Of a stretch of 64,000 nucleotides of DNA, positions 63,401 through 64,000 are shown in pieces. Under the pieces are notes generated by a model. It was not told where the DNA came from. It was given only the letters and a program-made list of their open reading frames with translations, and did no database searches. The stretch is from Vitrella brassicaformis CCMP3155 (Eukaryota; Protista; Chromerida). The position numbers and the translations under genes were made by a program. The stretch covers positions 84,740 to 148,739 of the forward strand of contig CDMY01000249.1 in the NCBI GenBank assembly GCA_001179505.1. Direction: 5' to 3'. How positions within the stretch are numbered: the first letter of the stretch is position 1; each line of letters opens with the position of its first letter.

Positions 63401-64000
63401 TGGGGTTCAGTTGCTGTCCCCCTTACGTGTTTGATCTGCGGCTGTGGGGCGCTCGGCGGTGTCTTTACTGACGGCTGCTGAGCGGGGGGCGCTGTATGAC
63501 ACACACAGAGCATCGAAGGGTGTGGCTCCCTCTGTGTGTACGTGTTCCGCCGACCTATGTACTGTGAGGGCGGTTGAGAGGTCTTCGCCACACTGCTCGG
63601 CGGCCCTGTCGTGGTGCTGGCCATGCTCATGTGGACACCCGATGAACGGCCGACGGGAGACACATTAGCGGGCGAAGCGGCGCCTATAGTCAGGAGAAGA
63701 CACAATCACGACGGCGTACCACTATTTGTGTGCTACTGAAGATGATAGATGTACCTTGTTGTGTGAAGCCTCCAAACAGCCACCCCAGAGGGCCCTCAGT
63801 GATGGCTCAGCAGCGGCCTTGCCCGGTTGACCTGCGCCCGGATGCGAGATCCCCACTTCATCGAGAACCTGTGACGTGGTGCGCCTCCTCTATTTGCCGT
63901 CTCTGATGCTATTTGCGTCACCTGTTTGGCTGTCGGACGGTCACTCGCTTTGTAGGCGAAACAACTCTGATCCACAAAGGGAGAAGAAGACATGTAGTGC
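60500..64000 (-). CDS. Multi-module kinase - linker - TKL kinase - linker - ankyrin gene, starting beyond the window
   Basis: Kinase C-terminus CFAYKASDRPTAKQ at ~63920; second kinase GAGSSG, VAIK, IHRDLKPEN, TDFG, TAPE, SDIW, KRPSALE; linker SPQPQIKY spliced to TDIFDAVKDG ankyrins. Confidence 0.75.

Noticed and set aside
1-64000. tRNA, rRNA and CRISPR arrays
   Set aside because: No cloverleaf, rRNA-like or repeat-spacer patterns seen by eye; not excluded without tRNAscan or Infernal.

Overview
Intron-rich, GC-rich eukaryotic DNA with short introns full of (TG)n/(CA)n repeats. The gene content and style suggest a chromerid alveolate such as Vitrella; this is inference. Housekeeping genes read from spliced exons: sphingosine-1-phosphate lyase, Cdc25-like phosphatase, glutathione peroxidase, a TSP1-repeat type I membrane protein, a dual-specificity phosphatase, EF1-beta, a long coiled-coil protein, a secreted EEP-fold protein, MAM33, DNAJC21-like, an F-box protein, RMC1/Mic1, an MCT-type MFS transporter and a probably plastid-targeted protein. 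Between them sit members of a modular ankyrin / TKL-kinase family. Highlights: (1) a decayed ~5 kb Penelope-like retroelement with permuted order (N-terminal GIY-YIG, CxC linker, C-terminal RT), 103-bp direct terminal repeats and a 4-bp TSD, inserted in an ankyrin exon; (2) a selenocysteine GPx with in-frame TGA and a textbook 3'UTR SECIS; (3) kinase and ankyrin modules that splice in frame into long multi-module genes; (4) introns with complementary (AC)n/(GT)n ends. All gene models were spliced by hand, so exon limits are approximate. Two 300-N gaps are present.
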